Shown: positions 12,536-26,118 of the stretch, piece after piece
Layout: every line of letters starts with the position of its first letter
Numbering within the stretch: position 1 is the stretch's first letter
Assembly: GCF_006345805.1 (NCBI RefSeq)
Contig: NC_043005.1
Coordinates: 93,124,001-93,188,000, forward strand
Source of the DNA: Octopus sinensis
Taxonomy: Eukaryota
Length of the DNA stretch: 64,000 nt
Reading direction: 5' to 3'
Position numbers and translations under genes: made by a program
The notes under the pieces: model-generated
What the model was told of the DNA's origin: nothing
The model's input: only the letters and a program-made list of their open reading frames with translations
Database searches by the model: none

Positions 12536-13884
12536 AAAGAAAACGTTACGTAAATATTCCTTAAATGTCAAACACCAGATGTCAGCACAATTCAAATCAA
12601 TAAGATTTATGTTTGTTTCTAAAATAAATGTATCTTAATTATGTTAATATTTCAGTTCATTAAATTTTTCAATCACTTAGATAACATAAATTTCAGTAAT
12701 CTAAATATAGACGCCTTATGTAACTATTTTGGTTTCATTTTTGACTTCTGTTAACCATTTTTTCCTCACATACAAACAAAAGAAGAAAAACAGAAAAACA
12801 GGGATCATGAATTGTTCCCTCAACCCCCATTCATTTATTTAAATTGTCTGTAAAGTTAATATTGAAAAACATGATTGAAGAGTGTTGAAGAACATGATTA
12901 AAGATTGATTCATTTGACCCATGTTTACTCGTATGAAACTTGACTTTGGAAGAAAAAAAAACAGAAAGAAAGAAAAAATTCCATTTCTTAGTGCATGTGT
13001 ATTTACTAATTAACTTGTACTGCTGAAAAAAAAACAAAAAACCCAAAAGCATGAGATGTCTGTGGAATACACACACAAAACTATAATAGCAGGAGAAAGA
13101 AAGGAAACAAAAGTAGTTATGAGAGAGAGAGAGAGACTGTTAGAGGAGGAGTTGTTTTATCATGTTCAGAAAATGCCACCAGATTTTTACGAAGCTATCG
13201 TTTCCCACTTTAGGGGCCTAATCAAGTGAGGCATGGGATCAGAAGAGTTGTGTAATCAATACAACATCTGCCTATCATTGGCAAAACATACTTGGAGATA
13301 GTTACTATGTAAACCATTGTAGTTACAATAAATCAACTTATGTTGAAGAAGAACACCATATTAATATTTATGAACACAGTCGCATACATAAACACAGATA
13401 CACTCTCTCTCACACACACACACACACATTTTTATTACATTCATAAGAATTATTGTGTGATTTGCTCTCGGCATGAAACTCCCTTATATCCCCAATATAA
13501 ATAAAAGGCTGAAATAAGTAGTCTGCAGCATCTATCGTCACATCATCTTCTGAATAACACCACAGAATTCTTCCTATTTGTTTATTAATATATTCTTAGT
13601 TGATACACATATGTTTATATTCTTGTGCCTATAAACAGGTCCACAGATGAATACAGTTTTGAACTCTTCCAGCTGCAGCAGCGAAATTATTTGATATATT
13701 GGTCAAATTTTTAAAAATTCATTTCTCTAGTTATAAATAGCTGTTTTGGGACAAATTATATTTTTCAGTTCTCCTGATGTGTATTTTCTGATTTATTTCC
13801 TGTTCACCAGACTATATATATAGCTTGGCTGATTTGACGTGTGTGTGTGTGTATCTATATTTATAGCTTGGTTGATTTTATAGC

Positions 13885-13921
<37 letters not shown>

Positions 13922-15135
13922 TAACTGATTTACACCCACGTAGATAAGTGTGTATATTAGTTATTTGTCTATGTGAGTGTGTGTGTGTGTGTAGGTGTCG
14001 CTTGGCCATTCATGGTTTTCTAGCTTTCTACCTAAGTGCTATTTTAGTTTCTACTAGTTGTACACCTGCTACTGCTTGCGTTCCGCCGCCGCCGTTGTCT
14101 AATGCCATTGTCCTGATGCAAAACTGCTGCTGTAAGAGAAGCTTGAGTTGACAATAATGCAAGGACAGTCGGTGCCAGCAGTACTAAGAAGGCTGCTAGG
14201 CAATGCTATTGCTATGGATTTTATTCAGGAACAATGCTATGGTAATGGCAGCAACCAAAGGCTTAGTACTTAAATGCTGATGATGGTGGTGGTGGCGGCG
14301 GTGGTGGTGGTGGTGGTGGTGGTAGTCATAACAGTTGTAATAACAATAGTCATGGCTGTATAGGCAAATAGCATCTCTTTACCTGCAACAGCAGCAGCAG
14401 CAGCTGCTGCTATAAATAGAACTGAAGTTCTAAATTTGTCATCCTTATCATTGGTTTCTCTGTAGGAAATATCCTTTGTCTGAACAAAAATAATAATAAT
14501 AATAATACCCCTTCCCCATCACCTGCATTACATCAGATGCTTACTGAAAACAATAACAAGAAGAAGAAGAAGAAGAGCAGAGAAAGCTCTGAAGTAAACA
14601 TTTACAGCTTGCCTATGATAACAGCTACTTACCACTGTGGTGGTGGTGGTAGTATATAATGTTACTATTGATACTACTATAACTGGATAAGAGAATCAAC
14701 ACATGGTGCTCTTGTATAAGAGAGGTAGGGGAGGAGGCAGAGGTTTTAATATAGAAATATTGTGTGTGTGTGTATGCGTGTGGGGGTATTTGTGCCAAGA
14801 TGTTCTCCTAAATGATTCTTAAAACATTCTCAGAAGTTGGTTGCCAAGTAAACAATGTTTATAATAATACTCTTCAAAAATCAGTGGTCAGTCACTAATA
14901 ATCTTTACTTTTGGTTACTAGTCAAGCAATTATGGTCAAATTATTGACTTTTATTATTTTCATCTTAATCTATTGTAATGCAGCCAATGAAGCTGCGGGT
15001 TTTGTACTATTGTTTTGTTGTTTTGTGTGTGTGTTGTTTAAGAAGTGATGTAATGACTCAGTATTGTTTCATTGTTTCTCAATCCTCCAAACTGCCGTGC
15101 AATTTGATATCTTTTTACATTATTTGCAATCTGCT

Positions 15136-15191
<56 letters not shown>

Positions 15192-15885
15192 CCTCTCTCT
15201 CCCCTTTGCTGTCTTTGTCTATTCTCCTTTTGACTTTTCAGTCTCTTTCTTTCTGTGATAGTTTAATATTCATATTTACTTTATTTGCATGAATCAGATA
15301 GATTTCTGTTTATTGCCTTTCCTACTCTCATCTTTTCTTATCCCCCCCCCCATGTTAATTGCCCTCAATAATAACTCTGTAAACTCACTGCTGCTGTCTT
15401 ACATTTCTCTCTTTGCTCACCTCTTCCATCTCTGGCTACTGTCATTCTACAGTAGAAATAATATGATCTTTCTTCAACCACAATTTGTCGTCCATTCTCA
15501 TCACATCTCATCATTCTATCCTCTCTTCTCTCCAATAACCATTTCACTCCTTTGTTCTACCTCTTCATCTCTCCAAAAACATTTTATTCTCTCATTTTAA
15601 GTTCCTCTTATCTAATTCAAAATTAATGTTTTCAACTCCACACAATATTTTAATCGTTAAACAATATTGCAGTCGTGCTTCTTACTGTCGGCTTTTTTTT
15701 AATATCATAGATGAGTGAGAGTGAGTAACAAGTAAACACAGTCCAAACTATCAACCATTACAATCTGAAGGCATGTTAAACTGCCTGTACATTCACATCG
15801 TGAAACTGCCGAGTGCAGTCTTTTGGATGTTTAACATTGACTTGGGAGAACAGAATGGTGTAAAGATTTGCTGTGTCTTTTGCAG

Positions 15886-15963
15886 CATTTGCTCATTGTG
15901 TGTGAGTGGAAGATTAACTGTGCAAGTGTGAACTTGTCATGCAAATATATGGCCTATCCATTG
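15886..15963 (+). CDS. Candidate alternative 5' exon of the HDAC4-like gene (ATG at 15939; MQIYGLSI)
   Basis: Acceptor-like gtcttttgcAG at 15884-85 and strong donor G|GTAAGA at 15964. ATG 15939 to 15963 is 25 nt (phase 1), compatible with exon A and giving MQIYGLSI-D-LPPSPP. No homology or transcript support. Confidence 0.35.
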
Positions 15964-16394
15964 GTAAGATCATAGCAGAGGCAGACACAGAGTTTGAGAA
16001 AGCCAGAGAAGACTTGCAGTTAGGTTGGGTTTGATTTAAGAATGTGAGGTGGACAAAATAAATCAACTTAAAATAATTTTATTGCATGGATGTTGTCGTT
16101 AACCTTCTGATTAGAAATTGTAAATTTACGACGTTAGTCCCTCAGGTAACAACAGCTGACATAATGTAAGAGCCGAAATAAAGTTTTAATCCATTTACAA
16201 TCATAATAAAAAGAAAATTCCATTTCTAATTATAATAATTACCTGTGAAAGGTAAAGAAGACAACTTCAAAATCTTGGAGTTGAATTCTAAGTTTTGGAA
16301 TTCTTCAAGAAAGTTATGTTGTTTCCTTTTGTTAGTTTTTATGTCTCCAAAACATCAACTTGGGACTAGAAATATGTCAAGCACATCAACTAGC

Positions 16395-16598
16395 TTTTAC
16401 TTGTTTCACTCGTTAGACTGCGGCCATGCTGGGGCACTGCCTTTTTCACCCGACTGTATTGACCCCAGTACTTACTTTTTATAAAGCCTAGTACTTATTC
16501 TGTCGGTCTCTTTTGCTGAACTTCTAAGTTACGGGGACATAAACACACCAACACTGGTTGTTAAGTGGTGGTGGGGCGCCCGCTCACACACACGCACG
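16395..16598 (+). mobile_element. SINE-like repeat family 3 (representative)
   Basis: tttcactcgttagactgcggccatgctggggcac...gaccccagtactta...tagtacttattctgtcggtctcttttgctgaac..taagttacggggac. Related copies at about 11880, 18415, 30760 (-) and 36670 (-). Confidence 0.7.
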
Positions 16599-16599
16599 C

Positions 16600-16775
16600 A
16601 TATATATGACTAGCTTCTTTTGGTTTCCGTTTACGAAATCCACTCACAAAGCTTTGCTCAGCCTGAAGCTAGAGAAGACACCTGCCCAAGGTGCCACACA
16701 GTGGGACTGAACCCAGAACCCTGTGGTTGGGAAGCAAGCTTCTTACCACACAGCCATACCTGCACATAAATATAA
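16600..16775 (-). mobile_element. tRNA-derived SINE family 2 (representative)
   Basis: Minus strand reads ggctgtgtggtaagaagcttgcttcccaaccac...gggttcagtcccactg...ggcaccttgggcaggtgtcttctc...aaagctttgtgagtggatttcgtaaacggaaac. Related copies at about 1095, 9270, 12050, 24940, 27990, 29145, 30605, 43320, 44170, 45385, 46195, 56300 and 60165. Confidence 0.75.
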
Positions 16776-19700
16776 AAAAAAGTATATGGTACTCTTCATG
16801 AATTTGCATGTCATCCTTGTTGACTTTTGGGTGGGGGGGGTTCAAACCCCGACCCAGCCTTGACCTATCTCTAGAATAGACAAATATCTGCCCAATATCT
16901 AGGGTTTCATTTGCAGGCAGAGGATTGCAACTCTCAGCTCCCAAATAAACAATAATTTTGTTCCCTTCTCAGACTGCTTTGTTCCATCATCATCCTCAAG
17001 TTTTAATTTCAGGCCTTGCATCACTTGATGAGTAACATCTGCAGTGACTTCAGAGCTGCATTTGAGACAATGTTCACTTCCTCACCATAAGAACAACAAC
17101 TGATTGTTGCTCTATAATGCGGCAACAGTCTTAACTCATTTTGAAGCCAACTACCTGAGACTGTCCCACGTTCTATGATCTACATTTCCTGTAGATCTGA
17201 ATGAAACCCTTCCATCAACAGGTCATGTTAATTTATGTTCTAAAAACCAGCTTGATAATGTCACAACTATTTTACTAAATTCTTCATTTCCAAGATTAGT
17301 TGAAGCAAAGAAAAAGTATTTCAACAGAAATATGGTAACAAAAGGCTAAGCTCATTCAGGCCAGTGTTGAACCCACTTTAGTATCAGGCACAACATGGAA
17401 GGAAATTGAAATTGTATAGAATGCAGTTCTTCAAGTGGCCACAGATTACATCAAAATTGCTACAAATTGCAGCTGAATACCTCTAATAGTACGAATCAAA
17501 AATGTTGAGATTACAACCAGGCATAATGCTACAGCAAGAAGTAACCCATATCACTAACTTGAAATCTGGACTACAAATGGAAAATGGAACCAACTTATTC
17601 ATGAAATTAATGAAAAATTCTTGTAATTTAAAAATTTGGCATTGGAAAAACTTCATTATTTCGTTGTTGATGGTGTTTTTTGAAGTTACTCATTCCCAGA
17701 GTAGCTTATGATGAAAATGGAAGAAGAATGCTGACTGCGGAAACAAAGTGGTCAGAAGCACAGTTGCATTCTGATTTTTGATTCATGTTAAATGGCTAAA
17801 GCAGCCAAATAGATCCAGAAATTGCCCCTTCACATGATAGCCCACATTTCTCCCACTGTACATCTAACCTTATTAATCTAAATATACGAGGTTGACCAAT
17901 CCAAAGGATTTCTTTTGAGGCAGGTATGACAGCACCTGTGAAAAAGATGGAAGGGGTCATACAATGGGGAGTCGATTTGATCTTTGGTAATTGCAACCAT
18001 GTTTCAGTCGTGTTAAACCACCTCATCTCTGGACATGGACACAAGATAAAAGAAGAGATTTAGGGACATGTTCAACCCATTTCTCCTGTTGTTGCTCAGC
18101 ATGGTTTTACTGGCCACTGTTGTCGTGTTGAACACTGAGCCATATCGAATGTTATATTTTGAAGACTTTCACAATGGAGGAGAGGACAAAGCTCACTCTG
18201 TTACACTGGTGTTATAAGCAAGCAGACACACACACACACACGCGCACCATGAAATTGAGGACCTGTCAAAACTAATGGGGAACAGGTTCCTGTGTGGTGT
18301 GGTGAACCATATCCCTCTAGCAGGTGCAAAAACAGGAAAAGAAAAAAAGAGGTAAAAATCTTCAGTGGATCCTGTGCTTTGAAGTGTGTGTGTGTGGGGG
18401 GGATATAAATATATCTCGTTTCAGTCATTAGACTGCAGTCATGCTGGGACGCCACCCTCAAGCATTTGGTCAAGTAAATCCACCCCAATTCTTAGCTTTG
18501 AAAGCTTGGTGCTTTTTCTATTGGTCTTCTTTAGCTGAACTGCTGGATTACAGGGATGTAAACAAACCAACACTGGTTGTCAAATGGTAGGGTTGGGGGA
18601 CAAACACACACACATATAGAACTGGCTTCTTTCAGTTTCCATTTACCAAATCCACTCACAAGACTTTGGTCCAGGGCTGTAGTAAAAGACTTAACTGTGG
18701 TGCCATGAAAAAAGTATAAAAATAATAATAAAAAAACAATGAAATGTTTGGTTTTCTGAGGAATTGTAATGATACTAATAATAATAATGATAATATTAAT
18801 TTTCTTGCCATTTCTAAGATAAGTAGAGGAAGGGGTTTGGTGGGGGGGGGGGATATATTCTCTATTATCAATTTCTATTATTTGTATTGTTTATCTAGCT
18901 GAGCACGTCATAAACTATAAAGTGACTTTGATTAATGTTTTCCTCGTTTTAATATACATACATGATTGGCTTTATTAGTGCTTTCAAAGCAAACTTAATA
19001 TTCCATCATTAAAAAAGTATCTGCAAAGCTGTTTTGGCTTATTGCAGTTAATGGTGCAAGCCTTTCTCCATGCATCAAAAGCTATCTTACATTCACACAG
19101 ACTTGCCATAGACACATCTGAAAGAAATGTTGGTGTGTGTGTGTGAACAGAGATACACACAAATTTTTATGCAATAAACATGATTCCACACTCCTGAATG
19201 AACTTTCTCTTTCAATACACACACACCCTATTAATAGGTTCAAAATGAAAATTAGAATTTCCTGCCAGTTACCAGATTAATGTTCAGCACCCACTTCGTA
19301 TAATATCTGTTTTTGGATTTTTTTATAGAATTTTTCTTAAGAAACCATTCCTATGTCTTTTGTAATATTTAATCCCCTCCTTTTTTGCTTTAATTATAAA
19401 AAGTGTAAAATATGTTTAATTTCTTTTATGTAAAGCTAATAGTGGGTTAGAGTAAAAGCAGGTTTCTTTAGCCATTATTTTTCACAAATAAATAAATAAA
19501 AGATATAAAAAGATGGCAGGAGGAGTGAAATCAGAGGAAACACAAGAATGTTCCACTTAGCAGCTCCCACCTTCCTCTTCAGCACCTATTTCTGTCTTCT
19601 TATGGAACTTTTTGATGCCTTTGTAGTCATCCTCATTGTTTAATGTTTTCTATGCAGACATGGGTTGGACAGTTCAGTGGAACCAACAAACCAAAGGCTC

Positions 19701-20714
19701 CTATGTCTTCTCTGGTATAGTTTCTATGGCTGGATGCCCTTTTTAACCCCAACCACTTTAAAGACTGTAGTGGGTGCCTCTTAATGTAGCACTGGTACTC
19801 ATGAGGTCACCAAGTAAATTGCCAAACAAAACCCCTCCACTGAATGAGGTGGCTTTGTGCCATGTGCCATGAGAGGTTCCACTGTGATAGCAGGACAGAA
19901 ATGGGTGTTTTGCAGTCAGGAAATATATAGCCTCTCCTTGTTGGAAAAGGGGACAAATGAGTTAGAGCATAACTTAAAGTTGCAGGGAGGTGAATATAAG
20001 AGATCCATAGGATTCGAGGAGGGTGAACGGGGAGATAAGTTGACAGTAATGCGAAAGGGGAGAGTTGTGGATGGCCACCTGAGATAGTCTCTTGTCCTCT
20101 GATGCTCTTTCTGTTTCTTTATTAAAAAAGCCTTGTGTCAAAATTTCAAATGAATTTGTTTCAAACTCCAGGTTAATAAGAACAATGTTATTTTGCTAGA
20201 TTCTTCATTATTTTCAAAATTAATTGAATCACAGTCAAATGTATTTCACCTGAAAGCTATTAACAAATGGATTAACTGTAGAGTACTAAGAAAAAAAAAC
20301 CCAACCCTCTTTTTTGTTTTTTAATGCTAAGATATGAAGAAATTATTGCAAATAAGAAGGATTAATCATCTTAACTGACCATCTGTTGAAATGTTTGACC
20401 ATTTTGGTGTGGGTGTATGTTTATGTAAAATTATGCAAATATAGAGAGAAACACATCTAGTAGTAGATGGGTTTTAAATATATCTTGAAAAATTCTCAAA
20501 TCTATAAACTTCATGCTCCTTCTGTTTGTTGATGTTTTTTGTCTTCCTTTTTTTTATTACATAAATAAAACCCTATAATTATGTTGTCCATCTTTGTAAT
20601 TAAGGTCATTTGACTAGAACGGCTTAACTGTCATTTATTGCTGACAGTACTTATCATAATCGTGATCATGATGAAAGCACTAATGATGGTGTTGATGATG
20701 ACAATGATATTGAT

Positions 20715-20754
<40 letters not shown>

Positions 20755-22379
20755 GCTGTGGGAATATAAATAACAATGATAATAAATTAATGGTTATACT
20801 GATTATGTTGGTGATTGTGATGGTTGCTGTAGAAGATAGTGATGATGATGGTGGTATTAATAATAGTATCAATGACCAGATTGACAATGATAATGACAAT
20901 AGTAATGATGGCGATGATGATGATGGTAGCAGTTTGTAAACTTACTGCATACAATTGAGAAATACTTGTATTTAATAATACTTTCTGGTGTATATGAAAA
21001 ATAAAAGACATGTACCCACTTCCAAATTTAGAAATCCCTATTTTATTCCACTGATCTCCCTTAGGACTCCAACCATGGGGATATTAAAATAATACATTTA
21101 CTTATCAGTGCTGTTGTGTCATTGAGCAAGACACTTCATTTCACGTTGCTCCAATTTTATCAGCTGTAAATGAATAGCAGCCAAGGTGCTGATGCAGCAC
21201 TTCCTCCCTCCAAATGTCACATCCTGACAGTTCTAAAGGGGCCAAGTGTGTATCTATATCTGCTTCTGACTGCATAGACAACAAAAGCAGTTAGTGAAAA
21301 CCTGGTACATTTTACCAAGTCACGCTTGTTTGTGAGTGACAGCTGGTGGTTCTGTGCTGCCCATTTAGTTAAAACTAAGAATAAAAATTTTAGCATTAGA
21401 TGACAGACTGTGTTTATGTTATCACATCATTTTGAAACATCTTTCATAACAAGATTAGTTTAATTTAAATTTATGATGGATGTATCCTGTTTAAAAAGAA
21501 AAAAATATCAAAATAGAAAATTTTTTTGGAAAAACTTGTAGTTAAGTCAAGAGATATTAATATGATTGTTTGTTTTTTTCCTAGATTTCTATTTTAGCAT
21601 AATTATTAGACAACTAGTGACTAGAAAAGGGAGGAATTAGATGTGTTAGTCTTCGTTTACTATATTATGATTAAATTGTGCATAATTCTAGTTGTGAGAT
21701 TAAGACATGGAACTTGTAGCAAATTTTTCTTGAAATTCAAATAATTTATTTTCGTGAAAGTCAATTTCTGGATGCTTGGTCAAATTTGATTTGCATAAGA
21801 TCTTGTTACTTATGAAAAATCTCTGATGTTGTAATACTGTGATATTGATTTGTTTTGATAAAACACAAATTGAGTTTTTGGTGAGCAGGAGAGGCCCAGG
21901 AGATGATTAAATCAACTTAGTATTTTATTCGTTGCTATATTTCATATAGCACAGAGGACGAAAGATAGATAATGCTGCCTTGCCAAGATTTGAACTAGAA
22001 TGGTGGTAAATTTTACTTTGTGCATTGGTGATTCTTTCTCTTCTCAGTACTATATATGTTGGTGCTTTTCTGAGATCTGTATTTGCTACGTGAAACATTT
22101 CCTTCTACTACAAGTGACTTCAGACCAGAAGGGATTTTAAAAAGCAGACCAGTCTGGAAAAGAAGCTTATGGATCCTTTCAATTGTCAGAGATTTAGAGA
22201 TGTCCTAATTGAAGCATTAACAAGAATGAGGAGTTACAGACATGTAACATAGAGGACAATTGCAAGTTCCTACAACTTTCTGAATGCTATAGACCAGACC
22301 CAGGGTGGCGTGATAGTGGAATGGTGTAGCAGACAGAGCCATTGGAGCAAAGAAACAGGACTGGAAGAATGGTGGTAGC

Positions 22380-23253
22380 AAAGAACTAAATTAGGTAGCT
22401 AGAAATCTGGTTTACTTACCCAAGGGAAAAGCAGAAAGGAAGAAGTTTGCCAAATTCTGTGGCACGAGGACCAAAGGCTTGAGGTGTTTCGGATTGTAAG
22501 ACAGTGTGTGAGAGAAAACTGAGATGTTGTAAGAGAGAAGTATGTTCACATGGATGAGGGCTCACTTTCGGTTGGTGACTCTGCAGAGGAGGAGACATGG
22601 AAGTGCCACTATGAAAGGTTGCTAAATGTAGAGAATGTATGGAAGAAGGAGAACGTACCGAATGTGGAGCCAACAACGGGACCAGCTATCCGAATTGACA
22701 GGAGCTTAGTAGATAAAAGCAATTAAGGATATGAAAACAGGGAAAGCCCCCCCAGCCCATCAGCAATGACTGCTGAAATGCTTAAAATAACTGGCAGTGT
22801 GGGATATAGACTTGTCAGCCATATTATTAATCAGGCTGTCCACAAGGCAGCCATACCCAACAATCTGGGTAGCAGCTTTACAGTCAGCTGCTGCAGTTGT
22901 AAAGATGACACCTTAGACAGAAATAATTATAGAGGTATCAAACTGCTAGACCAGGGGTGAAAGTCCTAGCTCAGTTAATTAAGAGAGCTAGCCTAGATCA
23001 GATGCAGTTTGGTTTTGTGCCAAGAAGAAGCAGCACTGATGCTCTCTTCCTGGTGAGGCAACTACAGGAAAGCTGTTTAACCAAAAATAAACCTCTGTAC
23101 TTGGCTTTTGTTGATATGGAGAAAGTCCTTGACTGGACCCTCCACTCCCTTATCTGGTGGTTAATACAGAAGCTAGGTATTGTTGAGTGGTTGGCAAGAG
23201 CTGTGCAAGCTGTGTTCAGGGATATTGCCAGTAAGATGAAAGTTCGTAATGAG
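22380..23253 (+). mobile_element. Decayed RTE-type non-LTR retrotransposon (RT domain); a C-terminal remnant continues to about 23800 after a SINE insertion
   Basis: MKTGKAP...TAEMLK, NYRGIKLLD, QFGFVPRRSSTDALFLVRQLQE, KPLYLAFVDMEK, LIWWLIQKLGIVEWL, with frameshifts. Interrupted at about 23253 by a minus-strand CAT-tailed SINE. Confidence 0.85.
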
Positions 23254-26118
23254 TCATCATCATTTAGTGTCCATTGTCTATGCTGGCATGGGTTGGACGG
23301 TTTGACCAGGGTTGGCATGCTGGAAGGCTGCACCAGACTCCAGTCTGATTTGGCATGGTTTCTATGGCTGAGAAAAGTCCACTGTATTGGTGGATGGGAG
23401 GAGCAGCTGCTAGCAATAAATGTATAAGAACTGTGATGTGTGTAACAGTGAAACAGGGACTGTAAATGCATGGAACTCGTACCAATTAGAGGGGGAGGGG
23501 TGCTTCAGGTGTGCAGTGTTGTGAAGTTGCTGCTAAAACTGAGCAGAAGTAAATTGAGAAAGCAACTGGTCATAGAAAGCAATGACACAAATGTTGAATA
23601 GAAATTGTGTTAATATGGACATGTCATTCAAAATGAAAGATGTTTTCTCAATGGAGGCAAAATAAAAATGCTTTGCAAATTAGAAATGGAAAGTAGTTAT
23701 ACTTGAAGAAGGCCAAGGAAGACTTGTGAAGAAATAATTAGCTGAGATCTGAATGAGTTAGCTTTCTGTTATGATGTGATGACACGAGGTCTGGATGTAT
23801 AGGGATTGTGTTGTATATCTATGCAGCCGGGATCACCACTGGAAACATGTCAAACCAGTGACAATGATGACAACTTCACTAATAAGAAATGGAAAAACAT
23901 TTCACCATTTTCATCATTACCATTAATTGTGTTCTGTTGCAAGCAGGGGACACACGGACACACACACACTGGTTAGCAGCCTAATCTCTCAGATCACCTT
24001 GAACACAAAATAAAATAGTTTATTTTCCTGCCAAAAATTCTTCCACTTTTCTGGTTCTAAGGACAATTCCTAAATGCTTAATCAATGCTATTTCCTTGCT
24101 ATAACAAATAATTTGCATATTTTCATGGGATCTTAATGATGGCAGATTTGGGTAGGAACATTAGAGAAAATGAAGAATTTGGTCCACTATTTTACCTTCT
24201 GATTTCAAATCCTAACGAAGTTAACTTTGCCTTAACTCTGATGTTAATAAAGTACCAATCAAGTACAGATTGATATAATTAACTGTCCTCCTCACTTCCT
24301 CAGATTTCTGGTTTTGTGCCTATGTTAGAAAATGATTATATATGAGGTCTTCCTAATTAGAGATTCATTTTGAGAGAAATAGTAGCTTCCTTTTTATTTG
24401 TCTTTTTTTTTTAAATTTCGGCAACTCCTCCATAAATAATTATGCTAGTTCTAAAAAGCACAAATTTACGAAGGAAACTTACACTTTTTATATTGATTGC
24501 AGCTCCTTGCTGCTCCAGACATAAATGAACCCATTTTATATATGTATCCCTTAACTTTGTTTATCTTTTAGTTGGAGGACGGGGCAGTTGCTATGGACCC
24601 ATTACAGGACCTCTAGGGTTGGTGAGAGAGAAAGAGGGGTATGATATTGTCAAACTGAAAATTTGGCGCCAATGCCTGCAACAGAGTAGACTCTGCTGAA
24701 GGTGCCTAAGTTGTGACATGGTGATGTTAAACCAGACAATTGGGTTAGCGTACAAAACAAATTCCCAATAACAGTGTTTGAACTCAGAACACGAAGAGGC
24801 AGATTTCCTCTGATAGGCTGCTATTCTTCTTGATGTTGTCAACTTGTACCTGTTTCCTAACAATGTAGTATTTTCCCATGACTGGTCATGTTTCCATACA
24901 AACTTGGAAATATCAATGCCGCTTGTATGACAGTGGCACTTGTTTACAACTGGGCTTCTTTCAATTTCCACCTACCACATCCACTCACAAAACTTTGTTT
25001 ACCCTGGACCTATAGTAGGAGATGCTTGCAAAGGTGTCATGTAGTATGTGTATGTATGTGCGTGTACACACACACACACACACACATCCCTAATTCTACA
25101 TGAAGTTAAAAATCCTCTTTTGTCTGCTATGAATATACCAAAGGTACAAAGGAAATTTTCCAAATAGTTTTTGGCAGCTATTTTATGTGGACAGCATAAG
25201 TATCAAAAAGTTAAAAACCATTTTCAAGGAAATAAACCCCCAAAAGTTGTAAATCTTGTCAACTTGGCCTGAAGCAGACTAAGTTATTTAGAAACTAATG
25301 GCTATACAAGTTTTTATTCTTCTATTAAAATAAACTCTTGAGAGAATATTAAATCTATCACTCATCTGTTATAAGCAATTTTCATTTTTAATTAGAAGTC
25401 AAGTTTGAGATTTTTATTTTTGGTATTGTTGTATTGTTTTTATGTGGTATATTTTGGAAGAACAAATAAGATCTCTTTGATCATTTGGAACATGTGAATT
25501 TCTTTTATTTTCTTTTTCTTTTCTCTTTTCATTTTTTTTTCTTGAAGGAAGGGCCTTTGCTCGTGGCCTTCACAGACCTTCTGGGACCAATGAGATCAAT
25601 GTTGTGACATTCCTCTTAAAAAATCAATTAGCTTTTGATGGAATTCAAGAGTTAGTGTTTGTAGAAGAAAGAACTAGATTTATGTTTAGGAGGGGCCAAG
25701 CTTGTAGGATAATGAAAAGATCCCCCTCCCCCAAATGAGATATAAGATCAATACATTTCACATCATTGCTGTTGGCTCATCATCCTCTGCCTTCCATGCT
25801 GACATGAGCTGGATGGTTTGACAGGAGCTGCACCAAGCTTTACTGTGTGATTTCACATGGTTTCTGAATGCCCTTCCTAATGCCAACCATTTTACAAAGA
25901 GCACCAGTTGCTTTTTATGTGACACTGGCACAAGTGAGATTACCAAGTAACTCACAGGATAAGACCCCTTCGACAAAGTGGGGGTTGACGGCAATTGATG
26001 AGAGGTTAAAGTAAGATAGAAAGTTATGAAAATGGGTGTGTTGCTGTAGGGGAAATATATGGTTACCCCTGTTGGAAAAGAAAAAAAGGATGGTGGTGAA
26101 GATGTATATATGGATATA

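Noticed and set aside
13731-14419. MEF2 consensus sites as standalone evidence of autoregulation
   Set aside because: At this AT content, YTA(W)4TAR matches are expected many times per 64 kb by chance. Kept only as context.
17881-18180. TACGAGG mariner-like terminus
   Set aside because: No matching opposite TIR and no recognisable transposase motif found.
24591-24971. 126-aa minus-strand ORF
   Set aside because: No recognisable domain, begins inside a SINE, and lacks splice context.
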